This document shows, piece by piece, positions 53,308 to 64,000 of a DNA stretch of 64,000 nucleotides. Source of the stretch: Bugula neritina (taxonomy: Eukaryota > Animalia > Bryozoa). The translations under genes were made by a program, and so were the position numbers. The notes beneath the pieces were generated by a model that was not told the DNA's origin, did no database searches, and worked only from the letters and a program-made list of their open reading frames with translations. The DNA is taken from positions 1,860,001-1,924,000 of the forward strand of contig OZ037772.1 in the NCBI GenBank assembly GCA_964035545.1, read 5' to 3'. The first letter of the stretch is position 1, and each line of letters opens with the position of its first letter.

Positions 53308-56300
53308 GTGTACACAGAGTATATATAAATATACACAGCTATACACAGAGTATATATAAATATACACAGCTATAGTGTACACAGAGTATATATAAACATA
53401 CACAGCTATATATAGAGTATATATAAATATACAGCTATAGTATACACAAAGTATATATAAAAACATACACAGCTATACACAGAGTATATATAAACATACA
53501 CAGCTATATACAGAGTATATATAAATATACACAGCTATAGTGTACACAGAGTATATATAAATATACACAGCTATAGTGTACACAGAGTATATATAAATAT
53601 ACACAGCTATAGTGTACACAGAGTATATATAAATATACGCAGCAACAGTAAGGGTTGACACCATAATTTAGAATAAAGGAAGATTCTGTTTTCACCTGAA
53701 GAAGGTAGAAGCTGTTGGGTGGTCCTGTGTTCAATAGATGAGAGATTATCTCGGTATATGGTGTACGCATCATCAGATATGGGAGTGAGTCCTTGGTGGT
53801 CACATTTAAAGAGAGAGAAAGGTTCTGATACTCTGTGGGATATGTACAGTACATAAATTCAGATATGTACAGATTTGATGGATATAAGGGTTTGTCTACT
53901 GTAAGCTAGTTAACTATACTATGTATTGTACAGAAAGAAACAATTTCTCTCTCGTATACAATGGCACATATTCAGATATATCTTTATTGTATACTGTGGT
54001 GTTACTAACTGGTCAATATTAATACAGTCTCTGCCCCCACTACTATAAACCACATGTAAAACTAGTAACATTTCTGTCAATATCTATTAATAACATTCTG
54101 AGAACAGCGTGTATATAAATGATAACTTTTTACCAGTAAATATTTCTACTGTAAGAACAGCTCACAGGAAAGCCAGGTTGTCGACTACTGACTCATAATT
54201 ATCACTAGTTGACTACTAGTAACCATGGTAACAACTAACATCCTATTACAATCAAATGTTACTTGCTATCACCTGAATAAGTATCAGAATAGAGGTATAG
54301 TGTATGAATAATGTTGGCAGACGGCAGCCTACCAGTATGTCACTCTTAGTAACTGAGTCAATATACTGAGAAGTTACAGGGAGATGATACAATCGTTATA
54401 TTTACTCTGCTGTACTAGACAAGGAACAAGAAAACTTGTGTTCTAATGTGCACCAAAATCTCTACTTAGCTACAAACATAGCTGATACTCTCCCCTGTTT
54501 ATATAATGAAGTTGTAATCTAAAGAATACAAACACACTTTTCCTTAGTGGATGTCAGGACTGGACTACTCAAAGCTCTCACCAGTTTTAACTTCTCAGGA
54601 GCATTGAGGAACACGGTCTACAAAATACACCCACACATATCTAGAACTACCCTCTATATTCACTAAACAGAGTTCCTCAGTCTATTCAGCATGATAGGAC
54701 AAACCCAGCAGGAAATAAACCCAAGGCTAAAACAGTTATCTGACTGCGAATCACACATTTTATGTTTCCACATTAAAGAACACATTTAATCAGCACACAC
54801 TAGGCTAACTACAATCAGCTAGTCTCATGGTTCTCTCTCATACTACAGAGAGCTAAGTCTATCTAACTGGTGGCCAGCTATAAAGTTCTGAGTATTTATA
54901 TAGTGTGCCCATGAATTGTTAACAGGGTGGACTTAACTTCTTTAACCCCTTCGTCTCCAACTCTCTGTATAATACTTATATTATGGGGCGCAGTTGCTAT
55001 GTATTTTGTAAATTGAAAAAAAGTATTTAAATATACTCCAGTTGCAGTTTTATAATAGATTAGGAGACAACTAGCTAATGTTTAAATGAAAACATTTAAT
55101 GGCCTACACCAAGCTTGAAAATAATTAGATATAAGCCCACCCCTTGTGCTAGTCACATATTCATGTTCATAGCTTAAGTGAGCTGAAGCGCACATTACAG
55201 TGGCTGATCATCACCACACACATTCTCACACTGTTCTCATAAACTGCAGAGTCGTGAATGGTACTTGATCTCGTACTGAAAGTGTTGCTCATAACTGTTC
55301 ATATTGACACTGACATTATGAAGTTAGTAGTGATATTTCATTTTCAATAGTAGGGCTTTTAGATGGTATTGATTCGTCCACAATGAGAAATACTTGCAAA
55401 TGTTGATAAATTATTTTATGATTGAATTGGTGAGTTATAATGTGTATCATTCAAATGAGAATACTGAACATGATCTGGTCACCTTGATTACCTCATATTG
55501 ATTTATCATAATTGTCAGTACAATTGTGCCATAGAGAATTCTATTAAGTTTGAAAATTGACATTCAGTTTCACATTGCTCATTCAGTGATTCATGCTTAG
55601 TGTCACATTGGCCTTCAGGCTTAAAGCAACGAAATCTAACAGTAACACTATCTATAAGTATATTTATATTATTATCAAGTATTAGCATTATGACATAAAA
55701 TTAAACTTAAAGCCTGTCAGTTATAGTGTCTATGAAATTAAATTCCAAAAATAAAAAAAAAACAAAAATAACAACTTTTATTCACGCTTCAACTTTCAAA
55801 ACGAAGACTAAGTTCAACCCAACGAGGTAAGAGATGATCATTTAATCAGTTAATCACAATGCCTAGTATGTTATCACATTCACGCAAGCTTTCACTGTGA
55901 ATCACAATGATTATGAGTATGATTTAATGAGTATGGGCTATGGCAATCCCAACGACAATAAGTATACACAGTTAGTTTAAGGTCACACTTTTCATTTTCT
56001 GGCTCTTTGCCAGGTGCTTTATGTTCTATATGAACAATGTTCCACTGATAGCTCGAACAGGTTGAATGTCACAGGAACAAAAAAAATATGAAAAGATAAA
56101 GAAACTTATGTTCTCCAATATACTTTTTTATTTTTTTCAAAAGCCAATTCATGTTTAAGTTATAGCTTGTTGAAAAACATAGTCCCCCTTCCACATTCTT
56201 TTCAATTTATACGCTCCTGACTTGTTATTGTGTCTCAATATGCCTTGTATTTGAGTGCTTGTTAGTCTCGCTTCACTAACTTTGCCTATACTTCACAAGT

Positions 56301-57552
56301 GCCAGTGCTGCTGGCTCAAAAGCTAAATGTTATAAACTGTCAGCTAAAACCCAATCTTGTACTCCTAGGTTGGTTGGCCTAAATAAAACAATAGTCAAAT
56401 CATGATTTCATGTTTTAAAAATTTACTCTATTCTAACCTGCTGCCTAGCTATAGTTCTATTTTTGATGTATAATTACAAAATTTGTGATACATTTTTTTG
56501 GCAACCATGTGATTTATAAAATGCAGTAATGGTACTTATAATATTATATTATTATCATTATAATATATTATATAGTATTATGTGTGTTTTTATTATACTG
56601 CATAATATCTATTTTATTATTGTTGTTGTGCAAACAAGTGCAATTAACCTAGTTTTCAAAATGTACCTCTAAATTATCAGAATATCAGTTTAGATATGTT
56701 CATGCTTTGTAAGGTAAACCTAAAAAAAGAGGCTGTATTCCCAAAGTAAAGGGTGTTGAACTATGAACTATATTAGATTAGCCACTCTGCTACCAAGTGC
56801 ATCAGTATAATATTATATGAATAGCTCTGAAGCTTTGTCTCCGGTGGCTGGCTGCGATATGATAACTTGGCCAACTTCCAAGAGTTTAAAATTGGCGCAA
56901 TTATTCAAGAGGTTACATACTGCACAGAGCTAGCAGTGATAGTAACCTTGCTATCGGCTGTACTTATTACAACTGCCAGCATATAAGCTGCATTGTAGAA
57001 TGCCGTTGGGGTAGGCTAGTAAAACCAAATTCTGCTCTCTAATATACCTTAGACACAATGCAGCAACATAATTGTTCGTTTCAAATTACATTGCCACCCT
57101 TACATGAGCTGTGGGCTTCATAAAGATTCATATGATTAGAGATTTATGCTATAGGCTAGCTATGATGAAAAGAAAACACCATTGTCAAAGTTAACTTCAA
57201 GTATGTTGTTTTCCAGAAACTCAGTAATGTCCATTTATATCTCTCGCATACAAATACTTATGTAATAGCATACAGTTTGAGTTTTATTTTAGAGCACATC
57301 TGCAAACTCTACAATAAGAGCTTGCTTTACCAGTCTATTTCAGACCTGTTTTTGTAGCTAGTAATACGCAAGCTACTTATTTTTAAACTTTTGGGTTATT
57401 TGTTCAAAACCATTAGCTTTGCTAGTAACCCGAGACTATTGCAACAGTTGACTGCTATCAACATGAATTGACAGCCTAATAATTATAACCCATTTGCGCG
57501 CAAAATATTTATGTACTCATAGTTACTCATATAGTTGACAATTTATTAACGG

Positions 57553-57634
57553 TGACTGCGTGGTCCAGAGGTTAAAGGCTTCAGCGAGAAGCTGGTTGGT
57601 CATGGTTCAATCCTATTATGCTGCATTTTTTTTT
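57553..57634 (+). mobile_element. tRNA-derived SINE head / pseudo-tRNA
   Basis: A-box-like TGGTCCAGAGG, B-box-like GGTTCAATCC at tRNA-like spacing, followed by a T run; acceptor stem does not pair. Confidence 0.55.
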
Positions 57635-58993
57635 GTCAATTTATGCAAATCCTACGCATGTATAATAAATATGGCTATAATTGTAAAGTTTTTTTTAACT
57701 TTTGTTCAACAGTAAGACAACATACATGCATAATACTTAGCTACTGAACACTGGGCTAAACTTTAAATTGATCTTATAGAATACAATGTACTTAAAATAA
57801 TCATATGTGAATTAGAGAAACTGGAAGTACAACTGCTGCACTATAGACAGACCTTTACTGACAAGACTGCAAAGTGAAGTGATTTAGCTGAAATTAACTC
57901 TGCCAAACAAACAAAGAATTATGTTGTGCTGAGGCATTGTCAATAGATTGTAACATAGTGAGATGATTCAGCTAAGTGCTAATGTAAAACAGGGAACATT
58001 ATATTGGCAGAAATCCAATAGATTGCCAATTTGTGCGAGAGGGTACTATATGTTATTGTGATAGCGCAGAGCGGCAAACGTACTAGGAATGTTATAATTA
58101 GTCACAGGAGCGTAGCTAGAACCACCATATGAAGAATTTAGATAATTGCAGTGAAACTTGCAAAATGGTGTATGTTTTTACCAAATTGTGAAGAGCATAA
58201 ACAGAATTTCAAAAAACAAAGAAAGTATATTAGAGAAAACATATTAAGGAATGTCAAGTTTAACTTTTAGACTTTATAAAATGAATCCCCTGTGCTACAG
58301 CAGTGGAACATGGAGGGTGTAAAATTTTACTTATTATGCAACAACTTTCTCAGAAGATTTTTTATTGAAAAATTAAAAAAGTATATGAAAGAGGAATGCA
58401 AGAGCTATCTTTTCATGTAAAATTTGTTAATGTGAGACAAAAACTGTTCGAGCTATCCCCTGGAAACCGTTTATATATAACATAAAGCAGTGCCTGCATC
58501 TGGAAAGTAATGACCTTAAACTAACTGTGTAACTGTGAGTGACTGACTGAGTGTGACTGATAAGAGCCAGGCCAATGCCAGGGGCAATCGCAATCACAAT
58601 CGGTATGACTGAATCACTATCAGTATAAGTATTAAAATCACAAAGTCAAATGACAATGCCATTATAGCACTATCAATATCATATTGAATTGAATTTTCAT
58701 TTTGATTGCGATTATCAAATAGCACCCTCTTAGTTCTTACTATTACTATTAGTATTACTTACAACTTGCTTATGCAAGAGAATTAAATCTTTAAAGCGTA
58801 GCATCCTTTTCAAGCAAAATAAGGATAATAAGTTTCGTCAAATTGAGTTAAAAACTACAACTTATAAGTCACAAGTATAAAGCAACTCATCACTAATCCT
58901 AGTGGGTACGGCAAGCATTATTTATTTTACAATGCGACAAGATTATCTAGACGGTGCGCTTACGCCTCTCATTGTACTTAAGCAATATCCAAT

Positions 58994-61900
58994 AGACCAT
59001 GTAAAACTCAGCCAATCAGCAAAGTGTACCAGGTCAATGTCTTAGCATTGTAACTGATATAAAATTCTGCAAGTTCAATTGCAAAATGCATGCTTCTAGA
59101 AGCTAGTTGTGCAACTTTTTTTTCATGCATTCTTTAATTTAAAATCTTAAATTGATGACTCTTGAAATGATTTTTTAAAATGTCTAAATTAAGGGTTTAT
59201 AAAATGCAATTAAAAATTGCATGTCTAGAAAAATGACCTGGTACACTTTTGCAACTTAAGGCCAATTATTACATAACTGCCAGCTTAGTAGTTATTTGTT
59301 GTTGCAGCTTGAATGGGTTATTGTTTAGCATTGGAAGCTTGCAGTAAACATCTGTGAATTTGGTACATGACTTTGATTGGCTGGTTTTTGAATGGCCCTT
59401 TAGTATATGCATCTGGATGGCTGGTTAGCGTAGACTCCGCCTACATCTAGCTAATGTACAGTAGCCAATCCACAGTAGTATTACAAAATTTCTGTTTAAC
59501 AAATGAAATATTCTGGTCATTTGTTTTGTACTCTACAATAGTAAATATTCTATTCAACTAGAATTTTATTGTATGTAAGCCATGGGAACTACTAAGAGGT
59601 TAAATCAACCACCCATGCTGGTAATATTGTAGCTCACAGTAATAGCAAGTCCACACCATATAAATATACACATAAGCTATTATGTGCAGCTTATGAATGC
59701 TGAAATGACCCCATTTTTTACCTTCAATTTGAAAAAATTTGTATTACATATTCTGCCACTTCTGCACCAAGAACTTGTTTTCCTTTTAAATTTTAAAAAT
59801 AGTAGACAGTTTCTGCAGCAGTCAACTGCATCCACAATAAACAACGTCAGCTTTCAAATAAACTATAAATATATGAAATATTAGTGTGGAAACAATGTAA
59901 TTTATTCATTGCTATGATGAAAATTTACAAGAATATTATATAAAAGCTAGATATAAATTTCTAGTAAAATGGCACAGGTAAAAATAACACATTTTTACTT
60001 CAAATTCTAAATTTCATCAGTCACCAATGGTGGCTGTAGATTACAGAGAGCACAGCAAACTATCATAATCTTGTCTAATAAAGGTGCCAACACCAAGTTC
60101 ACACCTCCAGGACCATTTGAAATATTGAACTCCTTTATTCTTTTGATTGCTCTTTCCACATGGATTCGAAGGTTAGCAATCAACTTTGTTTGCAGTAACT
60201 GCATTTTGCATTTTAGTCATTTGCAAATGGCCTCTTTTCCCAAGTGGTATGGCCAACTTAGCTCCAGCGCCTATAAGTTCTTTTTCAATAAGAAAGCCTC
60301 TATCTGCCATAACCACATCACCTGGGTTTATGAAATCTAAGAACCCAGAGTCATTCACTACACACTTGTCTTAGGCTCTACCTCCCATTCCATGCGAAAT
60401 AAAGCAGATAGTGCCCCTGGGTGTAATTGCAACCAAATAATTGATGGTGTTGGTCTTTTTATACTCACTCCATGTTAAAGATTGAGTCAGCTTTGATTGA
60501 GGCTTGCAAATGAATATTTCTGTGCAGTCTATAATGCACCTAATGTTAGCATATTGGCTTTGAAAGCTCAGGGGAATGTTCAGCTTCTCTCTTGTTGGAA
60601 AAACTATTAGATTGTTTAGTTCTCTTGCTAAAATATCTAATGTGTCTTTGAAGGTTTTGCCTGCTAGCAATCTAGAGATATAAAAAAGGCCAGCAAGCAT
60701 TTAAAACTGTAAACCTTGACGCAGCTTCATCAAAGCCAATAAAAGTTTATCTTGTCCTGTTAACTTTTTTCTGAGAATGAGAACTTTCATCTTCGGACAT
60801 ATAAATCTAAATATAGTAAACAAAGAATGAAAATTAAATTATGATTCAAATTATAATGTATGTGCTAAATAAATTTTGTGCTTAGTTTGTATTCATTCAG
60901 CAGTTTTTACCCTTTGGTAAGTAGCTTCAGTTATATTTTGCAAGAACTATGAAGTTCAAGAACTGCTAGTTGAAGGCTTGACCCAATATATCACCATCCA
61001 AACAGAATGTAATGTGTGTCAACATGTGTTATGTAATGTTGTAACAGTACATAATAAGCTAGCTGTCTGAGTACATGCTTTGAATGGAGTCATGAGTTTA
61101 AACAAATACTGTTGACAAACAATTATTACTTCATTTTATAATTATACTATAACTAATTCAAACCCATATTATTTCTAGAATAGCATTTAATAATGTTTGT
61201 GACTAAGTGAAACTAGTAACAAGTGTAAACCATTTTAGTTTTAAACACTGAGTTAGTTTCAGCTAAAAATTAGATTAGGAGGCCACTTTTGATAAGCTTT
61301 AAAATAACCAAGGAAAATTTAAGTCAAAACAATTTACTTTTCCTGGAGAAAGTGAGTCAATTTGTCCACAAATAAAAGACTGCTGCTTGTTTAATAAAAA
61401 CCCTAAACTAAATAAGTCAACGCATACAGATGACCACTGTGGTATTTATGAATATCTTACATAAAACAACATCTTTAATAAAAAATGTATGAATGATGCA
61501 CTCACACTGCAACAAATTTAATTAAAATGACAGTTTTACTACACATCAAATTTAATAAATGTACAAATTTTAGCATAGTGAGACTTGCATTGTTTAGTTG
61601 TAATAAACCATAGTCTATCTTTGCAATAAGAAAATCATAATTTTTACCTTGCTAAAAAACAGTATAGAGAACGTGTAGGAATTCCAGTATAGAATTTAGT
61701 TCGCTCATCTGTAGTGGTGAAAGTTTTAAAAACTTTTACTTTTTCAATAGTTGCTTTTTGTTTAAACGTGGAACTTTTTGAGCCTTTTCTTCCAACTTTT
61801 GATTTTCGTCTATCAATAGAATGTGCAGATCTTTTTTTCTGAGTAGTTGATGATTCTGGTAACTCAGTTACTTCTGATGAAGTCTGACTATAAGGATGGC

Positions 61901-63167
61901 TGTCAGATGAGTTTTGTTGCTCTATATCAGCTGACTCTGTTGAAGACGTTTTCTGTTCGATTCCTTCACATGTTTCATTAAAACCACTGTTTTTTTGTGC
62001 GTCTTACATTATATGCTTTAGTGCGTTGGTAACCCAGATGAAGGGTTGGAGTTGGATTTTGCTCAGTGGGCTGACCATCCTTATGATTATGATTATGATA
62101 GTCTGCTATGCACTCTGTAATCTACAGCCACCATTGGTGACTGATGAAATTTAGAATTTGAAGTAAAAATGTGTTATTTTTACCTGTGCCATTTTACTAG
62201 AAATCTATATCTAGCTTTTATATAATATTCTTGTAATTTTTCATCATAGCAATGAATAAATTACATTGTTTCCACACTAATATTTCATATATTTATAGTT
62301 TATTTGAAAGCTTACGTTGTTTATTGTGGATGCAGTTGACTGCTGCAGAAACTGCCTACTATTTTCAAAATTTAAAAGGAAAACAAGTTCTTGGTGCAGA
62401 AGTGGCAGAATATGTAAAACAAATTTTTTCAAATTGAAGGTAAAAAATGGGGTCATTTCAGCATTCATAAGCTGCACATAATAGCTTATGTGTATATTTA
62501 TATGGTGTGGACTTGCTATTACTGTGAGCTACAATATTACCAGCATGGGTGGTTGATTTAACCTCTTATTAGTTCCCATGGCTTACATACAATAAAATTC
62601 TAGTTGAATAGAATATTTACTATTGTAAAGTACAAAACAAATGACCAGAATATTTCATTTGTTAAACAGAAATTTTGTAATACTACTGTGGATTGGCTAC
62701 TGTACATTAGCTAGATGTAGGCGGAGTCTACGCTAACCAGCCATCCAGATGCATATACTAAAGGGCCATTCAAAAACCAGCCAAACAAAGTCATGTACCA
62801 AATTCACAGATGTTTACTGCAAGCTTCCAATGCTAAACAATAACCCATTCAAGCTGCAACAACAAATAACTACTAAGCTGGCAGTTATGTAATAATTGGC
62901 CTTAAGTTGCAAAAGTGTACCAGGTCATTTTTCTAGACATGCAATTTTTAATAGCATTTTATAAACCCTTAATTTAGACATTTTAAAAAATCATTTCAAG
63001 AGTCATCAATTTAAGATTTTAAATTAAATAATGCATGAAAAAAAAGTTGCACAACTAGCTTCTAGAAGCATGCATTTTGCAATTGAACTTGCAGAATTTT
63101 ATATCAGTTACAATGCTAAGACATTGACCTGGTACACTTCGCTGATTGGCTGAGTTTTACATGGTCT
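58994..63167 (-). mobile_element. PIF/Harbinger superfamily (ISL2EU-like) DNA transposon with ~1.08-kb inverted repeats
   Basis: AGACCATGTAAAACTCAGCCA termini flanked by AT; 58994-60070 is the reverse complement of 62091-63167; encloses a THAP/HTH/DDE transposase relic. Confidence 0.92.
60007..62080 (-). pseudogene. THAP-HTH-DDE (DDE_Tnp_4-type) transposase pseudogene, 5' truncated
   Basis: Exon ~62080-61648 (DGQPTEQNPTPTLHLGY THAP tail; KFYTGIP) and exon 60806-60007 (LLLALMKLRQG; IIDCTE; WSEYK; GGRA*D; MADRGF; IANLRIHVERAIKRIK; CCALCNLQPPLV); stops at 60701 and 60371, frameshift at ~60200. Confidence 0.92.
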
Positions 63168-63539
63168 ATTGTATGGTTTTTATGACTTTAAAATCCGTTT
63201 TTGAGAAGCAAGGCTAGATAGAAATTAATGATCGATATTGACTCGCTAAGAGTACTCATGTAAACCCGCAAACTACAACTTTTAACTTGATCGCAAAGCT
63301 GGAAGTACGATAAGCGTCGCCGTATTGATTTCAGGCGAATTTTAGCTTATTTCTTTCAAACTGCTGAGAAGTAATATTTGCTTCCATTTTATGTCTGTAT
63401 CAGACATCAGGGCTATCGCGATACAATTATAAATGTTCTTAATTCTATCAATATTATGAAATAATTAATGTAGGAAATTCAATTTTGACTATATAGAATA
63501 ATCTCAATCTGAATAAGTAGTATTTATTTATTGTAACAC

Positions 63540-63950
63540 TTGCACTTCGTCTTACTCTCACTCTTAGTCAGATAACATAGTACATACTGATACTCATACT
63601 CAATCCCATACTCAATCTCATACTGAGTCCGATACTCATAGTCATAGTGATAGTCTTTGCCATTTATTGCTAGATAATTTAAGCTAGTACTAGTACTACT
63701 ACTAGTAGTACTACTACTAGTACTAGTACTAATAATCACAGTAGTAATACTAATACTAATAGTAATAGTATTAGAGTAAATGTAATACTTATACTAATAC
63801 TAATACTAATAGTAATACTACCACTAGTAGTAGCAGTAGTGCTAGTAGTAGTAGGCTACATGATGATGATCATTATGATTATGATTATGAAGATGGTTAT
63901 TACTATAACTATTACGGTATGAGTATAACTATAACTGTATTAGTATTTGA
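63540..63950. repeat. Cryptic 3/6-nt low-complexity tract like 480-4300
   Basis: actcat/agtaat/tactaa words and (TAC/TAG)n runs. Confidence 0.6.
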
Positions 63951-64000
63951 TTTTATTTTGCATTGCTAATTGAAGACCATGCGTTAAAATTAACTGTTTC

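Larger units (their letters stand above)
52110..53640. repeat. 36-bp minisatellite (TATAGTGTACACAGAGTATATATAAATATACACAGC) split by a MITE insertion
   Basis: Units at 52110-52177 and 53308-53640. Confidence 0.9.

Noticed and set aside
54942-54960. piggyBac left end (TTAACCCC)
   Set aside because: No matching right end or transposase found in the window.
57553-57634. Functional tRNA gene
   Set aside because: A/B boxes present but acceptor and T stems do not pair.
61873-62150. Other CTGATGA motifs as hammerheads
   Set aside because: No stem II/GAAA/stem III/NUH arrangement; they lie in transposase sequence.

Overview
AT-rich, microsatellite-rich eukaryotic DNA with spliceosomal GT-AG introns, most likely from an invertebrate animal. 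It reads as a transposon and segmental-duplication graveyard, and I found no intact host gene. Main contents: (1) A very young full-length Ty3/Gypsy LTR retrotransposon (40426-47773) with 565-bp LTRs, ATAT TSD, tRNA-Leu PBS, UUUAAAC -1 frameshift and one nonsense codon in RT. (2) A related non-autonomous Gypsy derivative on the minus strand (33.5-36.9 kb). It has lost RT/RNase H and the integrase core by in-frame deletions but carries an apparently spliced third ORF with C2H2/C2HC zinc fingers in the env position; the splice-acceptor region is conserved in the full-length element. (3) A tandem pair of type I hammerhead ribozymes embedded in (TA)n (23.43-23.93 kb; Penelope-LTR/retrozyme-like, 208-nt monomer). 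(4) An ISL2EU/Harbinger-type element whose 5' end is replaced by an inverted copy of its 3' end, giving ~1.08-kb inverted repeats (58994-63167). (5) Intron-containing pseudogene fragments of CLASP (10.0-12.2 kb) and of an unidentified multi-exon gene (47.9-53.8 kb). (6) CAC-ended DNA-transposon relics (some with DUF4806-like exons), nested hAT/foldback MITEs, Copia and Gypsy gag relics, a tRNA-derived SINE head, and many mini- and microsatellites. All alignments were made by eye and protein family assignments come from remembered motifs, not database searches.
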